A stretch of DNA of 64,000 nucleotides from the human T2T-CHM13v2.0 reference genome, Homo sapiens. Of the stretch, positions 17,659 to 35,841 are shown piece after piece (the first letter of the stretch is position 1; each line of letters starts with the position of its first letter). The translations under genes were made by a program, and so were the position numbers. Where the stretch lies: NCBI RefSeq assembly GCF_009914755.1, contig NC_060933.1; one strand, given 5' to 3'. A model generated the notes under the pieces. It was given only the letters and a program-made list of their open reading frames with translations. It had not been told where the DNA came from and ran no database searches.

Positions 17659-18675
17659 ATGGGGAAAAAACAGAACAGAAAAACTGGAAACTCTAAAACG
17701 CAGAGCGCCTCTCCTCCTCCAAAGGAACGCAGTTCCTCACCAGCAACAGAACAAAGCTGGATGGAGAATGATTTTGACGAGCTGAGAGAAGAAGGCTTCA
17801 GACGATCAAATTACTCTGAGCTACGGGAGGACATTCAAACCAAAGGCAAAGAAGTTGAAAACTTTGAAAAAAATTTAGAAGAATGTATAACTAGAATAAC
17901 CAATACAGAGAAGTGCTTAAAGGAGCTGATGGAGCTGAAAACCAAGGCTCGAGAACTACGTGAAGAATGCAGAAGCCTCAGGAGCCGATGCGATCAACTG
18001 GAAGAAAGGGTATCAGCAATGGAAGATGAAATGAATGAAATGAAGCGAGAAGGGAAGTTTAGAGAAAAAAGAATAAAAAGAAATGAGCAAAGCCTCCAAG
18101 AAATATGGGACTATGTGAAAAGACCAAATCTACGTCTGATTGGTGTACCTGAAAGTGATGTGGAGAATGGAACCAAGTTGGAAAACACTCTGCAGGATAT
18201 TATCCAGGAGAACTTCCCCAATCTAGCAAGGCAGGCCAACGTTCAGATTCAGGAAATACAGAGAACGCCACAAAGATACTCCTCGAGAAGAGCAACTCCA
18301 AGACACATAATTGTCAGATTCACCAAAGTTGAAATGAAGGAAAAAATGTTAAGGGCAGCCAGAGAGAAAGGTCGGGTTACCCTGAAAGGAAAGCCCATCA
18401 GACTAACAGCGGATCTCTCGGCAGAAACCCTACAAGCCAGAAGAGAGTGGGGGCCAATATTCAACATTCTTAAAGAAAAGAATTTTCAACCCAGAATTTC
18501 ATATCCAGCCAAACTAAGCTTCATAAGTGAAGGAGAAATAAAATACTTTATAGACAAGCAAATGCTGAGAGATTTTGTCACCACCAGGCCTGCCCTAAAA
18601 GAGCTCCTGAAGGAAGCGCTAAACATGGAAAGGAACAACCGGTACCAGCCGCTGCAAAATCATGCCAAAATGTAA
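17659..18675 (+). CDS. L1 ORF1p (338 aa RNA-binding chaperone)
   Basis: Full-length open frame; REKG, ARR and YPAKLS motifs intact. Confidence 0.98.
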   Translation: MGKKQNRKTGNSKTQSASPPPKERSSSPATEQSWMENDFDELREEGFRRSNYSELREDIQTKGKEVENFEKNLEECITRITNTEKCLKELMELKTKARELREECRSLRSRCDQLEERVSAMEDEMNEMKREGKFREKRIKRNEQSLQEIWDYVKRPNLRLIGVPESDVENGTKLENTLQDIIQENFPNLARQANVQIQEIQRTPQRYSSRRATPRHIIVRFTKVEMKEKMLRAAREKGRVTLKGKPIRLTADLSAETLQARREWGPIFNILKEKNFQPRISYPAKLSFISEGEIKYFIDKQMLRDFVTTRPALKELLKEALNMERNNRYQPLQNHAKM

Positions 18676-18714
18676 AGACCATCGAGACTAGGAAGAAACT
18701 GCATCAACTAATGA

Positions 18715-22566
<3,852 letters not shown>

Positions 22567-25500
22567 ACAATGAGATCACTTGGACACAGGAAGGGGAATA
22601 TCACACTCTGGGGACTGTGGTGGGGTCGGGGGAGGGGGGAGGGATAGCATTGGGAGATATACCTAATGCTAGATGACACGTTAGTGGGTGCAGCGCACCA
22701 GCATGGCACATGTATACGTATGTAACTAACCTGCACAATGTGCACATGTACCCTAAAACTTAGAGTATAACAAAAAAAAAAAAATAAATAAATAAATGCA
22801 TGAATACCCAAAAAAAAAAAAAAAAAAAAAAAAAAGAAGGCATTTCAGCATGCAAACAAGTAATACTTTTAGGAATTACACTGACTTCATTGTAATGCAT
22901 AGGAAAAATAAATAATTCACAAATAAAAAACAAACAAACAAAAAAAAGTTTCAGTGGGGTCAAAGGATTTTTAGAGTTAGGGCAGTCGAGGCAGTGAACT
23001 AGGGTGAAAAAGGGAGGAAGTGATGAACAACAGGTAGAGTAACTGAAAATGAGATTATGGGAGGTATACAAATGTATGGAATGACAAAGTCAGGGGTATG
23101 ACAATGTGAGTGATTAGCTGAAGTTGGGCAGAGGTCTAAGGAAAGGAAGTAAAGTAATTTAGTGGTCAGGATATTGGAAGGAATCTAGATAAATATTAAA
23201 AGCAAGAATTTCTATAGTAGTATCTCGAATAGTTTCTGGCACATTGTAGGCACTCTATAAATATTTGTTCAATAAATGAATAAACGATATTAAGTACATA
23301 ACAATTCATCTTGAAAACACTTCTTCCATTTCCTCAACTCCTAAACATTCATTTATTCATTCTTCATCACACAAAAATCTGAATCTGGCTTCTGCCCCCT
23401 ACCCTCCTTATTTACTTTCTCAAATAGTATACATTTAGTCATTAAACAAACATACATACATGCATATTTTCAAGATTATCAAGCGATTCCTGTTTCAACT
23501 TTTCTTAAAATGTTGACTCTGTATTCATATACAGTTTATAACATCCTGAATTCCTGAAATTGATTCAAACAGAAACTATGTACAGTTTTCCAATTTAACC
23601 ACAGTAGCATGCTTATACATCACTACTTGGAGTTTTCTCTCATTTTTATTGTCCAACAAGAACTGAAACTTATGTTGCCGTTTGTTAAATGCTATATCTA
23701 AATTCCATTTGGATATCCAATGAACACAGGTTCTATTTTTTATCAAGTATACATAAGCAGTAATCATTCATGCAAGTGATTCCACTACTCTCATAGTTTC
23801 TTGTAAGTTAATCCCAGTGAAATAAGATGACAACAGTGGAAGAAAGGGGAATTGGGAAAATCCATAAAATTCACTTCTATCAATAAAAGAAATCTACTTT
23901 GTTTTATATATTTGATACATCAGCCACTTATTGAACATGTTCGTATCTTAAAAATTGTTTCCCTTTTATTGAAATCCTAGTGGATAATGGTTTTGTAGTC
24001 ATAAATTGGGAAAAATGGTATAACTAAAGAAATATGCAGAATTTTAGAATGGGAGTAGGCATTGAATATTATAGACTCTTACGGAATATTCTGGCAGTGG
24101 AGCAAACAGTAGAACAATCAGGTGAGATTATTCATTGAAGATGTCATGCTAAAGTTTAAAGACATGGCTTGGGCTAGGCATGAGGTTTTCTTATGCCCAT
24201 CCATCTATGCATCCATCCTTAAATCTATCCATGCATCCACCTATGCATTAATTCATCCATCCACCCATCAACATATATTGAAAACCCATAGTGAGCCATG
24301 TGTAGTATTAGACCTGAGGTTACAAGGATGAATAAAATACAGTCTTCCTCTCAATAATTATTATATTTTGAAGTCCCACCTAAGAGTTGGGTTGGAGTAA
24401 TTACAATATAGAAAACATTTTGAGGTCTTAAATAAATGTATATACATATATAATTGTAAATTATATCTATACACATGTATATATAATTGTTCATAATAAT
24501 CACAAAGTAGAAATCTTTTGTATAGTATTTTCTTTATCAGAGTGGAAAATTTCATTAAATCAATTTAGTTCAAAACTTTATTTCTCAGAGAAATATTTTG
24601 TCATTTTTTTCCAGTATAAGAAATTATTTTTAAATCAACTCAACCAGCATAACAATGGTAAAGCCAGTTGATGAGATAGGTAAGTCCCTGTTAACTAAAG
24701 ATTATCCAAAAAGGATCCCACAGAAGAAACTTCTAAGTATTATCCAGTTGGTATTTCTTTATTTTTTCCCTTTAGTTTACAGAAATGTGCTAATTGAGGT
24801 CCTTGGAATTAAAAATTAATGCCAAAATAAATAAGCCAAGATAGCAGTATTCCTCATTTCTCCTCTTTTTCAAACAGATACTTTTAACTTTTGCCTGAAA
24901 AAACCCAATAGATCTAATAATCTATTTTTAAGATGATGTGAAATTATGCCCATCTTATCTAATATTCCAAGTTCTCCAGTTTCCCTCTCAAATATATCAA
25001 GACTTTAAGATTTGAAAATGATCTTCTGGCTTTAAATCTAAGACTTTATTTATATTAACTTTTTTGGTAGCATGAACATTGTAAAACCTAAATTTCAAAA
25101 TGTTTTACTGCAGCAACTTAAATACTTCATCTAAGACACTTGAATTGTATTTGTTATTGTTTCCAAACTTGATACATCTTTCTTATTAACATCCTTCATA
25201 GAAGTAAACAGAAACAGACAGCAATTACATTACATACTCAGAGCAAGCATCCATTCATAAATTAACTCACCAAACATTATGAGGCATCTGCTCTGCCAGA
25301 CACGTGGTAGGTGTGGGGAATTTTTAAAGAAGAATAAGGTTCAATCTCTCCTTTCAAAGTGCTAAAACGTTGGGGAGAAACCTCAAATAGTCAAATGATT
25401 ATAAAATAGGATGGTAGGTTCTCTGTGAAAGGATGACAGTAGGAAAATCTAACAGTTACTGGAAGGATCAGGAGCTGAGGCACCCTAGGGAGAGTGATAA

Positions 25501-25869
25501 ACTGAATCTTAAAGGCAAAGAGGAGATGTTTAGGCAGAGAAATAGGGTCAGGGTTCAACCATGGTGTTGTCAACAAAAAACCAGGGCCTCCAGATTTCAG
25601 AGAGAAGAGCCACTCCAGAGAACTGATACACCATGTACTTATATGCACCATGAACTTGATGCACCATGTACGATGTACTTATGACAAGTGCCCAGGACAA
25701 CAGCGCTCTGCTGGAAGTCCTCAAAAACTTTAGCCAAGGGACAGAAACCCCACTACCCAGAGTGCATTTCCTAGCTGAGACTCCTTTTGTGTTGTGATTA
25801 AAAGGATACAAATATTAAAAAACAAACATACGACAACAACAACAAAAAACAGGGCTTCATATGTTCTGA

Positions 25870-26634
<765 letters not shown>

Positions 26635-26649
26635 GGTTGAAGACGTTCA

Positions 26650-26655
26650 AATAAA
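26650..26655 (+). terminator. Candidate proximal MUSK polyadenylation signal AATAAA
   Basis: Hexamer about 15 nt after the stop codon; actual use cannot be seen from sequence. Confidence 0.45.
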
Positions 26656-28947
26656 ATGCTGCAGTTTCCTCTCAGACTCTGTGAGCCAGGGGAATCCTAC
26701 ACCAGAGGCCCAACAAGACCCACATAGGAAAGAGTAAGAGTAAACATGAGTAGTGTGTTGTTTGCTTCCCAGGGAGAGCAAAGACAGTGCAAAACCCATG
26801 TGGTAGACGGACCCATTGAAAGCCAGTGATTGGAAACACAGGCTAGGAAATGTGTCAGATAATGGAGACAACTATTCTTCTTCATGAAGGTTTGTAATAC
26901 ACACTGCACAGGGAAGAATGTCATCCTGTTCAGTTTCCAAAGTAGCTGGTCACAGAGTAAAGCTCTGCTGTATTAAATTTTAATATGAAATGGGATTCAG
27001 AGCTTCATTTTTTAATTGAGTTAATTCCTGTCCATTGTGAAAGTAGCTTAATCGTCATGTAAGACACTTAGGTGAAGTACAGAAAACTAAAAAGAAGGAA
27101 AAGCCACTCATTCTGTCTCCCCCCAAAGACGAGTCTTAGTGTTTTATTAAATCTTTCTTGCATTTAATGCATAATTTTATATTTGTTTGTATTCTGCAGA
27201 GTTGTGGTTACATTTTATTGATAGAGGGTTTCTAAGGAATGAAACAGCAAATCAGCAAGCCTGTAACTCTGAGTTCCCTTTTCTGTCCTGTGCCCCTCCT
27301 TTTTTCCTTTCTGTGCATTTGTCATGAATTAAGTCTGCTTATTTTATTCCTCCAGTTTTCTTGAAACAAGTTTTTGTATCTTACTGATTTACCTTTTCCT
27401 TTAAAAATTGTATTGGTATCTTTTCCATTGCTTTAATCTTTATTTCTTCTTCTTTCCAGGACTTCTGTCCTTTTTTAGTTATTAAGCTATTTTTTTCTTT
27501 TATTTCATTCATGTAATAAACACTCTGGCAGAAATAATAACATTTTAAATACCATTGTAGATTGATATGTATATGCCTTTTGCAAAGTATTACTATTTTT
27601 CCTGCATTTGCCTTTGAAGCCACACATTTCAACATTCTCACCTATTAATATTATTACTAGAGTCTATTTACATCTCTTAAACCATAATTTATAATATGAG
27701 ATTTCACAAGATACACTTGTGGCTCTGAGTTATTTCAAAACTGATATTTCTGTGCATTCTGACATTTTATTCCTTTTAGAAACAAATTCAGTTGGCTGTA
27801 GAATTAATATCGTTCTGCTTAACAACTTTGTGCATGACATATTAACTGATTTTGTTGTATTTCATGATTTAAAAAAAAAAGCAGCAGCTCTGGAACTCAG
27901 ATTCCTGGGGGTTCAGATTTTTTCTCAGTGGATCCTCACACAATACATCTTTATCTAAGTCCATACATGATCTGAGTTTATTTCTGATATAGCAGGAACC
28001 CAAATTCTCCTGAAAACGAACAGGGAAGAGAAAATAACAGTCTACTCTATACCAGCTTATCTTAATTCAGACTAATTGGTAGTTAGGGCATTGGAGGAAT
28101 GGTGTGAATTCTTGAAAGTAGATTTTCGCTGTCTGCTGGAAAACTCTGCCTGAAATCCCCAAATCTGCCTCATGTAACAGCTTGACATCTTTGGTGGGAA
28201 ACCTGCCATTTCTTATTCATAGTGTCTCCAGGCAACCAAGACAAAAATGTAGAAATTTTCCTAGACTTTGCCCTCTCTTTCATCATCAGTTTTCTATTAG
28301 TTTTACTTCCTAAAATCCTCCTGCTGACATCCTCTTCCCTTCAACCCAAGAGCCAATGACTCAACCTCTACCGTTGCCCACCCTGTCTATTATCTGGCCT
28401 TCCTCTCATTTCAGACCTGAACAGATTCTGTAGGATACAACGACAGTAAGGCGGTCCTTAGTCACAGTTCTGGTTCATAAATAGCGAGGTCAGCATTTAG
28501 GACTGAGACCTAAAGAAGTGCTTCAGATAAAAATCATGAGTCTAAGTCCAAAATTGATACTGTAATCCAAATGACTGAATAAAGAATAAAGTTGCAGCGT
28601 GTGTCTAAAGCAGAAAGTCAAGATGCCAACAAAGCAGAAAAGTTGGAGAGGGCCACCAGCAAGTCTAGAACTTGAGCATAGATATCCATGGCTTATTTTA
28701 GATGGTTCATGTATGCTCTGCAAAATTCAAAGACAGCTTCGGGCTTTCTCCGCTGATAAAGTTTTGTTGTAAAAGACAGACATAGAAGTCAGGCTGACAG
28801 AAAATAGAGTAACAGTAATCATAAAAATTATAATATCAGCTAGCATTTATTGAAATCTTACCATGTGTATTCTGAGGCCTTTAAATATATGAACTTAAAC
28901 CTCACAACATCCCTGTAATGTTGGTACTATCATTATATACATTTTAG

Positions 28948-29046
28948 TTTTGCTTTGTTTTGTTTTGTTTTTGAGACGGAGTCTCGCTCTGTCGCCCAGG
29001 CTGGAGTGCAGTGGCACGATCTTGGCTCACTGCAAGCTCAGCCTCC
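28948..29046 (-). mobile_element. Severely 5'-truncated AluY-like fragment inside a MIR
   Basis: (TTTTG)n tail plus ~75 bp of the right-arm 3' end; MIR-like sequence on both sides (~28840-29150). Confidence 0.8.
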
Positions 29047-30493
29047 AACAGTCACAGAGAGATTGTGCAACTGGCCCGAGTGCACACAGCAACAGAGCCT
29101 ACTTTTTGACCAAAAGAGGCCGAATTCTCAACCACTATACTGTAGAGCCTCTGTACATGATAGAAGCAATAACTGAACCTCAGTAACTCTGTGGAAGTGA
29201 TTTGTAATTTGCATGTCGTTTCAAGCACACTCTATATCTATATTTTATTCTATTAACTTCCTAAGTCTTTTTAATGAATAGCAAAAAAAGTATATTTCAG
29301 CATTATCAATTTAAGTTAATCATAACATCTAATAGGTGACATGTTTATTTTTTCATGAGTTCTAATTACATTTTCAAGTTAAGATCACTGACTTATTCCC
29401 TAAGTGCTCGATCTAATGTTCTGAATCACAGGAGTATAGATGCATTATTCACCAATATTGTTTACTTTTTTAAATAAGATTTTTTTTCATGGTAGAATCA
29501 TCATATACATTCAAAAAGGTAGACAAAAGAGAGACACTCACAGTGTCACTGTTACCAAGTGCCAGGACAGATATCAGTAAGGCACCAGCAGTCATTTTTA
29601 GTGATCAAATACCAAACATGGTAAGATACCAGAGTATTTTTCACATGACACCCAAAAACATATTCTCTGCTATCGTGGTAGAGCAGAAAAAGAACACTTT
29701 CTTTTCATTTTACAGTATATTATGAACCTGTTCCACGTCATTAAATATTCTTCTAAAAACCCAATTTTGGAATAATATTCTATTTTATTCATATACTGTA
29801 ATTTAGCTAATCAATCTTGTATTTTTGAACATTTAGGTTTTTTCCAATTTTTATCATTATAAAAAATGCTGTAATTAACATCCTTATTTGTTCATGTCCA
29901 CATTTCTTTTTATGAAAATTCAGAGAAAGGAAATGTCTGGACCAAATGGCATGTACAATATTAACACTTCTGTTATGTGGTTTCATATTCTGCAGAAATA
30001 TTACTGCCACTTCTACATTGTACAAGAGATCTCATAGCCCTAAACATTTGCTTTCATAGATAATTTTCTGTTTTTTAGAAATCTTTTGTCTCTTTGGTTA
30101 TAGAAAAAGAGAACCTCTTTTTAATTTTATTTTTTAAATTACTAGTCAGGTTGAATGTTTCTTGTTCCTAGGTCATTAACAGTTTTTATTTTGGCAATTG
30201 TCTACAGCCCATTTTTCTGCTGTGTTCATTTTCTAATCGAATTATGGGATTTATCTTGTAAAAAGCCTATTAAGCCTTTTTCATACTTTACACAAGAGAT
30301 CACATCTACTTACTTTACCTTAAAATAACATTTACTTATTTTCTTATAAAAGTAATATATTATGTTTGAAAAGAAAAATAATATGCAATAATATGCAATA
30401 ATATGTATAATCATAATAGACAATAATAAAAATGAAAAAACACCAACCAGAGGTAATTAACATTAACATCATAATATTCTTCCAGGCTTTTTC

Positions 30494-30567
30494 AGATAGA
30501 CAGGTAGGTAAGTAGGTTGGTAGGTAAATAGATAGATAGATGATACATAGAGAGAGATAGATAGATA
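30494..30567. repeat. Degenerate (TAGG)n/(GATA)n tract
   Basis: Read directly from the sequence. Confidence 0.8.
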
Positions 30568-33500
30568 ATTTAAACAAAAATAAGATCATACTGCTACATT
30601 ACTTCAAGCCTTGCTTTTATCACTTAATATATCTTAAACATCTTCTACATGAACAAGTATTCATGTGCAACATTAATTTTGATGGTTGAATAGTATTATA
30701 CAGATTTATCGTAATTAACATAACTATTCTACTGTTAGACATTTGGTTTATTTCTATTTTTCCATTATAAAATGTAATGTTTGGATCATCCTGTTGCTAA
30801 ATTTTGTAAGCATTTATCTTAAGTGATTTCTTTAGCTATAACTCCTAGAAGTGAAATTTCTAGATTAAAGGATAAATGCACTTTTAATACTTTTTAAATA
30901 TATTAAAAAATTACCTTCCTGAATTATTTTATTAACATGTACCTCTCCTAGTCAGATAAGACAGCCCATTTATTTCAGTCTCACCAATACTGAGTATAGC
31001 ATTTTAATCATTGCCAATATAATAGCTAATAGCTTAAAGTTATTTCATAGCTTATATTTACACTTCTTTAAATACTAATAAAATTGAACATTGTTTAATG
31101 TTTTGAGGATACTTGATTGGTGATTTGCCTCCTACTATTATTTTTCTACTGCGTATATCTTTTTCTTGTTGCTTTGTAAGAGCACTTTATATATTAAGGA
31201 GTTAAATTTTGTGATATATGTTTCAACTACTTTTATCATGTTAAAAATATAGACTTCTATTTGTCTTTTATTGTAGGTTTTATCAATCAGAAAAGAATGT
31301 TGACTTTTCCGTCCATTCAGATGATTGTGGCTTTTTTCCCTAATGGATTTGTTAATATGTTCAATTGTATGAATTTATTTCCTAATGTAGCGATATCCTT
31401 GTCTTCTAGGAATAAACTTTTTGGGCGAATCATATCAATCTTCTACTTAACTACCAAATTAATTTACATATATTTGCATCAATATTAATAAGTTCATAAA
31501 ATTAAAAGTTTATCATTTTCATCTCTGTTAGAGTTTTGTATTGGCATTAGCATTTGTATTAGCATTGTATTAGGAAAAACTCAGGAGTTTTTCTCTATAA
31601 TCTTGGTTAGTTTATTTTTAAATAATTGTTATTTATGAAAGTAATACATAAAAATGTTGTTTAAAAAAACTCACAAGAGGGTAAAAATTAAAAAAATAAT
31701 AAAAGTTCCCTTCTTCCTTTTCATCTCTAGTCCCAGCCTAAGTGCTAACCACTTCACCCATTTATAGTGTTAGTTCTTCTGGTGATTACCAGTGCAATTC
31801 TAACAAATAGGTTTGCATTTCTCTTTCTGAATTGATCAATTTTTTAAAAATATGCAGCACTCTGACTCAAACTCCCTTTCTTTTTCCTGAGATATGTTAA
31901 CTTCTAATGTTATATTGTTTATCACAACTTTCACAAATATTTCTAAATAAAGGTTACCTACTGATTCTGGATTGTGCTACATAAAATTAGAGCTTCCAAA
32001 TTTCCCTCCATCACTTCTCCCTGCTCTCTACTCTCACAATCAGTCAACTATACACCTATTTCTACGCTGTCAACTATATGTTCATTTCTATGAATCTGTA
32101 ATATTTGCATTTTGTTCTGGAACAAATTAAGATTTAGGTGCTTTGACTAGATTGATTCTAAACATCAAAAAACAAAAATAAAATATCTGCAATTATGTGA
32201 TCATGTATTTATGCATTGCCAAATAATGGTATTCCATTATTTTAATTTGATAAGATAAATTTAATATACATTAATTCTTATTTCCTCTATTTTATGGAAG
32301 AAATATTTTTAAAAATCACAAAACTTTTACATTCGCTTCTCTTCCTGATATTTATTTTTCCTTTTTCTTCTGCCTCTCTTCTTTCGTGCCCTTTTTTCCG
32401 AAAATTATTTTGATGATTTTTTTTATTCACCATACATAATTACAAATGAAGAGTTGCTCTGGTTAGTATTGGTAGTAGAAGTGGGGTCCCTTTGCTGTTT
32501 TGTTGGTATATTCACCCAGTGTGACCTCTTTTCCGTGGGATGGCTACCTCTGGGCTCTGATTATGTGGCTCATAGGGAAGTATAGGCAGCCTGAGTCAGA
32601 ATCCCCACAGTTCCAAAGTGATGGAAGACTGTACTCTGAGATACAATATTTTGACGTATTTCACTCCCAGGGAGAGCTACTTGCTATTCTTTCACTGCTT
32701 CCATTACCCAAAAGAGTATGATATTCTCCCCATTTTCTGTATTGCCTCACACCTAGGACCCTTCAAACCCACACCAACGACCTCTCAGGCAAATTGATCT
32801 ATTCAGATAGCAGTTTACAGGGATAGACATGAGGCCTCTTGGCCCACCTGCTCTATACACAATCTTCTAGTCGACCATCCTGATTGACAACCCACAGCCC
32901 ACCCCTGTCTCTGTATTTGCTGACTCAGAGCATGGAGACTTTATACATGTGAAATCACATCTCCCCTCCCCTCACGCTTGGCTTGTGTGTATTGCAAAAG
33001 CTGCAATTTAGTTTTTCCTGTGCCTTGTCTTACCCATGGATAAGAACACTAAGATACTTTCCGCTTTTTGAATATTTGTCAAAGTGATGGCACTTGGATT
33101 GGTTTCAGCATGTACATAGATTGATTCTTATTCATATACATTTACTGTCATATTGGGGAAATCTTGAGGGGAAAAGAAAAGCCTCTTACTACCATGTTCA
33201 TCAAGAGTCCTCTCTGGAATAGTTGAAATAGTTTAGGAGTTATCGGTTCACTCCTTCGTCTTGTTTGCCTCCAGATTTCTTTTTTCCTTCTTTTCCTGTT
33301 TCTTAATGTTGGAACAGCCCACACCTCAATCCTTGGATGACATCTCCCTTTTATCTGTATTCATCCCTAGTGATCTCTTCTGGTTGCAAGGCTATAAATG
33401 CCATCTGTATGCTGAGATTTTTTTATTTTTAGTTCAAACCTCTCTCCCCAACTTTACACTCACATTTCTAACTGTATGTTATAGATGATAGCTTTAGATT

Positions 33501-35134
33501 CTCCTCCTCAGGACTAGGCTTTCTGCTTGATCTAGGAGCAAAGCTGAAAACTGCTATGGAGCTTGGTGTTGCCTTGATACCGAGGAGGAGTCTCAGAGCC
33601 TCTCCAGTGCAAATACACACTTGCAGTGTCCTAGTGCTGCTGACTTACGTACTCATTCTAAAGAGGGTAGATTGTATCCATTTTAATAGCTCTCAATACC
33701 CTTGCCCATTCCCATTACAGCTGGCAGAAATTCCCCAGCTGCAAATGGGTTGCATTTATCTGTTACCCATTCCTGATTTGCAGCACGATTGACTGTTTCC
33801 TTTTCTGCGTGGTCTATGTGTCACTCCATGAGAATCTGGGAGAGGAGAACTCGATATGGTGCTCATTCCATCATTTTAACCATAGTGTTCTTTATTGTGA
33901 AGAGGTATCCCGGTTAGAGTGGAGTCAAAGCTTTATAGCAAGTGTATTTCAGGTAACTATTCTTTTACTTGTTTCAGATCTATTTCAGTAGCACAGCCAC
34001 CAAGATAGAACACTTATAAGCCCTTATTTTGGTATAGATCACCAGAGAAACCACTCACCACTCGCACATGGCCTTCAGTACTGAGTCATTACATATTGGA
34101 AGGTCAGAAACTACATCAACAGGAAAGACCCATAGGTGTGGGGGTCTGATATATTTGCCAGTACATTTCTTATCATTACAAACAAAGATTTATGTGTGTC
34201 TAGATGTTTACCTTGCCTTCTAAGAGGTCATGTCCTCTGAATGAAGCAAAATCAAGGTAAGCCTTTACCTGTAAGCCGTTACATGTCTTCTTTACAGAAT
34301 CCCTCTTAATTAAAAACTTCTAAGAGATTCAACAGGGTTAGTTTTTCTTACAACCTTCATCGTCAGACCTGTAATTATGCAACTGGCCAGCATTGCTCTT
34401 TCAAACCACAGTCTCTGGAAAGTACACACCGTATATAGCATTTTGCCCATAAGAAGAGAAACCACCTGTAGTATCTAAGGTTACGTCAGAGAGATGTTAA
34501 CCACAAAAAAACCCAGACTTAGATACACACTATCATTTTCTGGGTGTGTTCTTGACCATTTAGAGCTGTGATTAAAATTAGAAGTGTTGGCATGACACTG
34601 CTTTCTGACTTTCTTTTTTAGCCATGTTGACACCGTGGTGGTTAGTGTGATGCTCCTTCTTATTTCAATTGATGCTTTACTCAAGTATGGATGAAACATA
34701 ATTTAAAGTCACCTCTTCTTCTGCTATCTTGATTTTTAAAATTATTTGGATGCATTATATTTAAGAATCTTAAGACAGTCCATTAGTATTATGTATTTAT
34801 CTTCTCTTCACTCGTTTAAGTCACTTTCTGACTCAGATCACCTTCTCAGGAGACTCTCAGCATCATTCTGCCTGACATCACTCAGTTGCTTTGTTTATGG
34901 CAACCTAAAAAAGCAGCTGCCCTAATTTTAGCCCATTCCCAGAGTACCCTCAGAAGTGACAGGTAAGAAAAAATAAACTGATCAAAGATGAGAGAAAGAC
35001 TTACAGAGGAGTGACACTGAGAGAGCAAAAAACCACAAATAAATTTCATTTCTAAGAACAAAGCAAAGATGACCAGGAAATGCCTGAGGAAACACATTTT
35101 TTTTTTTTTTTTGGAGGCAGAGGGTATTATATTC

Positions 35135-35670
35135 CTTTTTTTTCTTCAACTTTCATTCTAGATTCAGGGAGTACATGGGCGAGTGTGTTATGTGGACATG
35201 TTGTGTAGTGCTGATGTTTTCAGTACAACTAAACCTGTCACCCGGGTTGTAAGCATAGTACCCAATAGATAGTTTTTCAACCCTTGCCTCCCTTCTTCAG
35301 AGACCTCCCCCTTCTTGTATTCCCCAGTGTCTTTTGTTCCCATCTTTATGTCCATGTGTACTCAATGTTTAACTCCCACTTATACTTGAGGACATTTAGT
35401 ATTTACTTTTCTGTTTCTGTGTCCATTTTGCTGCAAAGGACATGATTTTGTTCTTTTTGGCTGCATAGTATTCCATGGTGTATATGTATCACATTTACTT
35501 TATCCAATCAACCATTGATAGGCAACTATGTTGATTCCACATCATTGCTATTGTGGATAGTGCTGCAATGAACGTATGGGTACAATGTGCCTTTTGGCAG
35601 AATGATTGATTTTCCTTTAAGTGTATACCAAAGGAAATGGGATTGCTGTATCAAATGGTAGATCAACTCT
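35135..35670 (-). mobile_element. 3' fragment of an older primate L1 (L1PA13-16/L1PB-like)
   Basis: T tail then antisense L1 3'UTR and ORF2 end (ggctgcatagtattccatggtgtatatg). Confidence 0.8.
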
Positions 35671-35731
35671 TATTTATTTCTCATTCATTTCTCAAATAAT
35701 TTCTCAATTATTTGAGAAATCAAGGAGACAC

Positions 35732-35841
35732 TTTTTTTTTTTTTTTTTTTTTTTGAGACAGAGTCTTGCTCTGTTGCCTGGGCTGGAGCGCAGTGGCGTG
35801 ATCTTGGCTCACCAGAACTCTGCCTCCCAGGTTCAAGCAAT
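35732..35841 (-). mobile_element. 5'-truncated Alu
   Basis: T tail plus partial right arm; GGAGACA on both flanks. Confidence 0.8.

Noticed and set aside
22678-22680. Assignment of the L1 to the Ta subset
   Set aside because: The diagnostic trinucleotide is ACG, not ACA, so it is pre-Ta.
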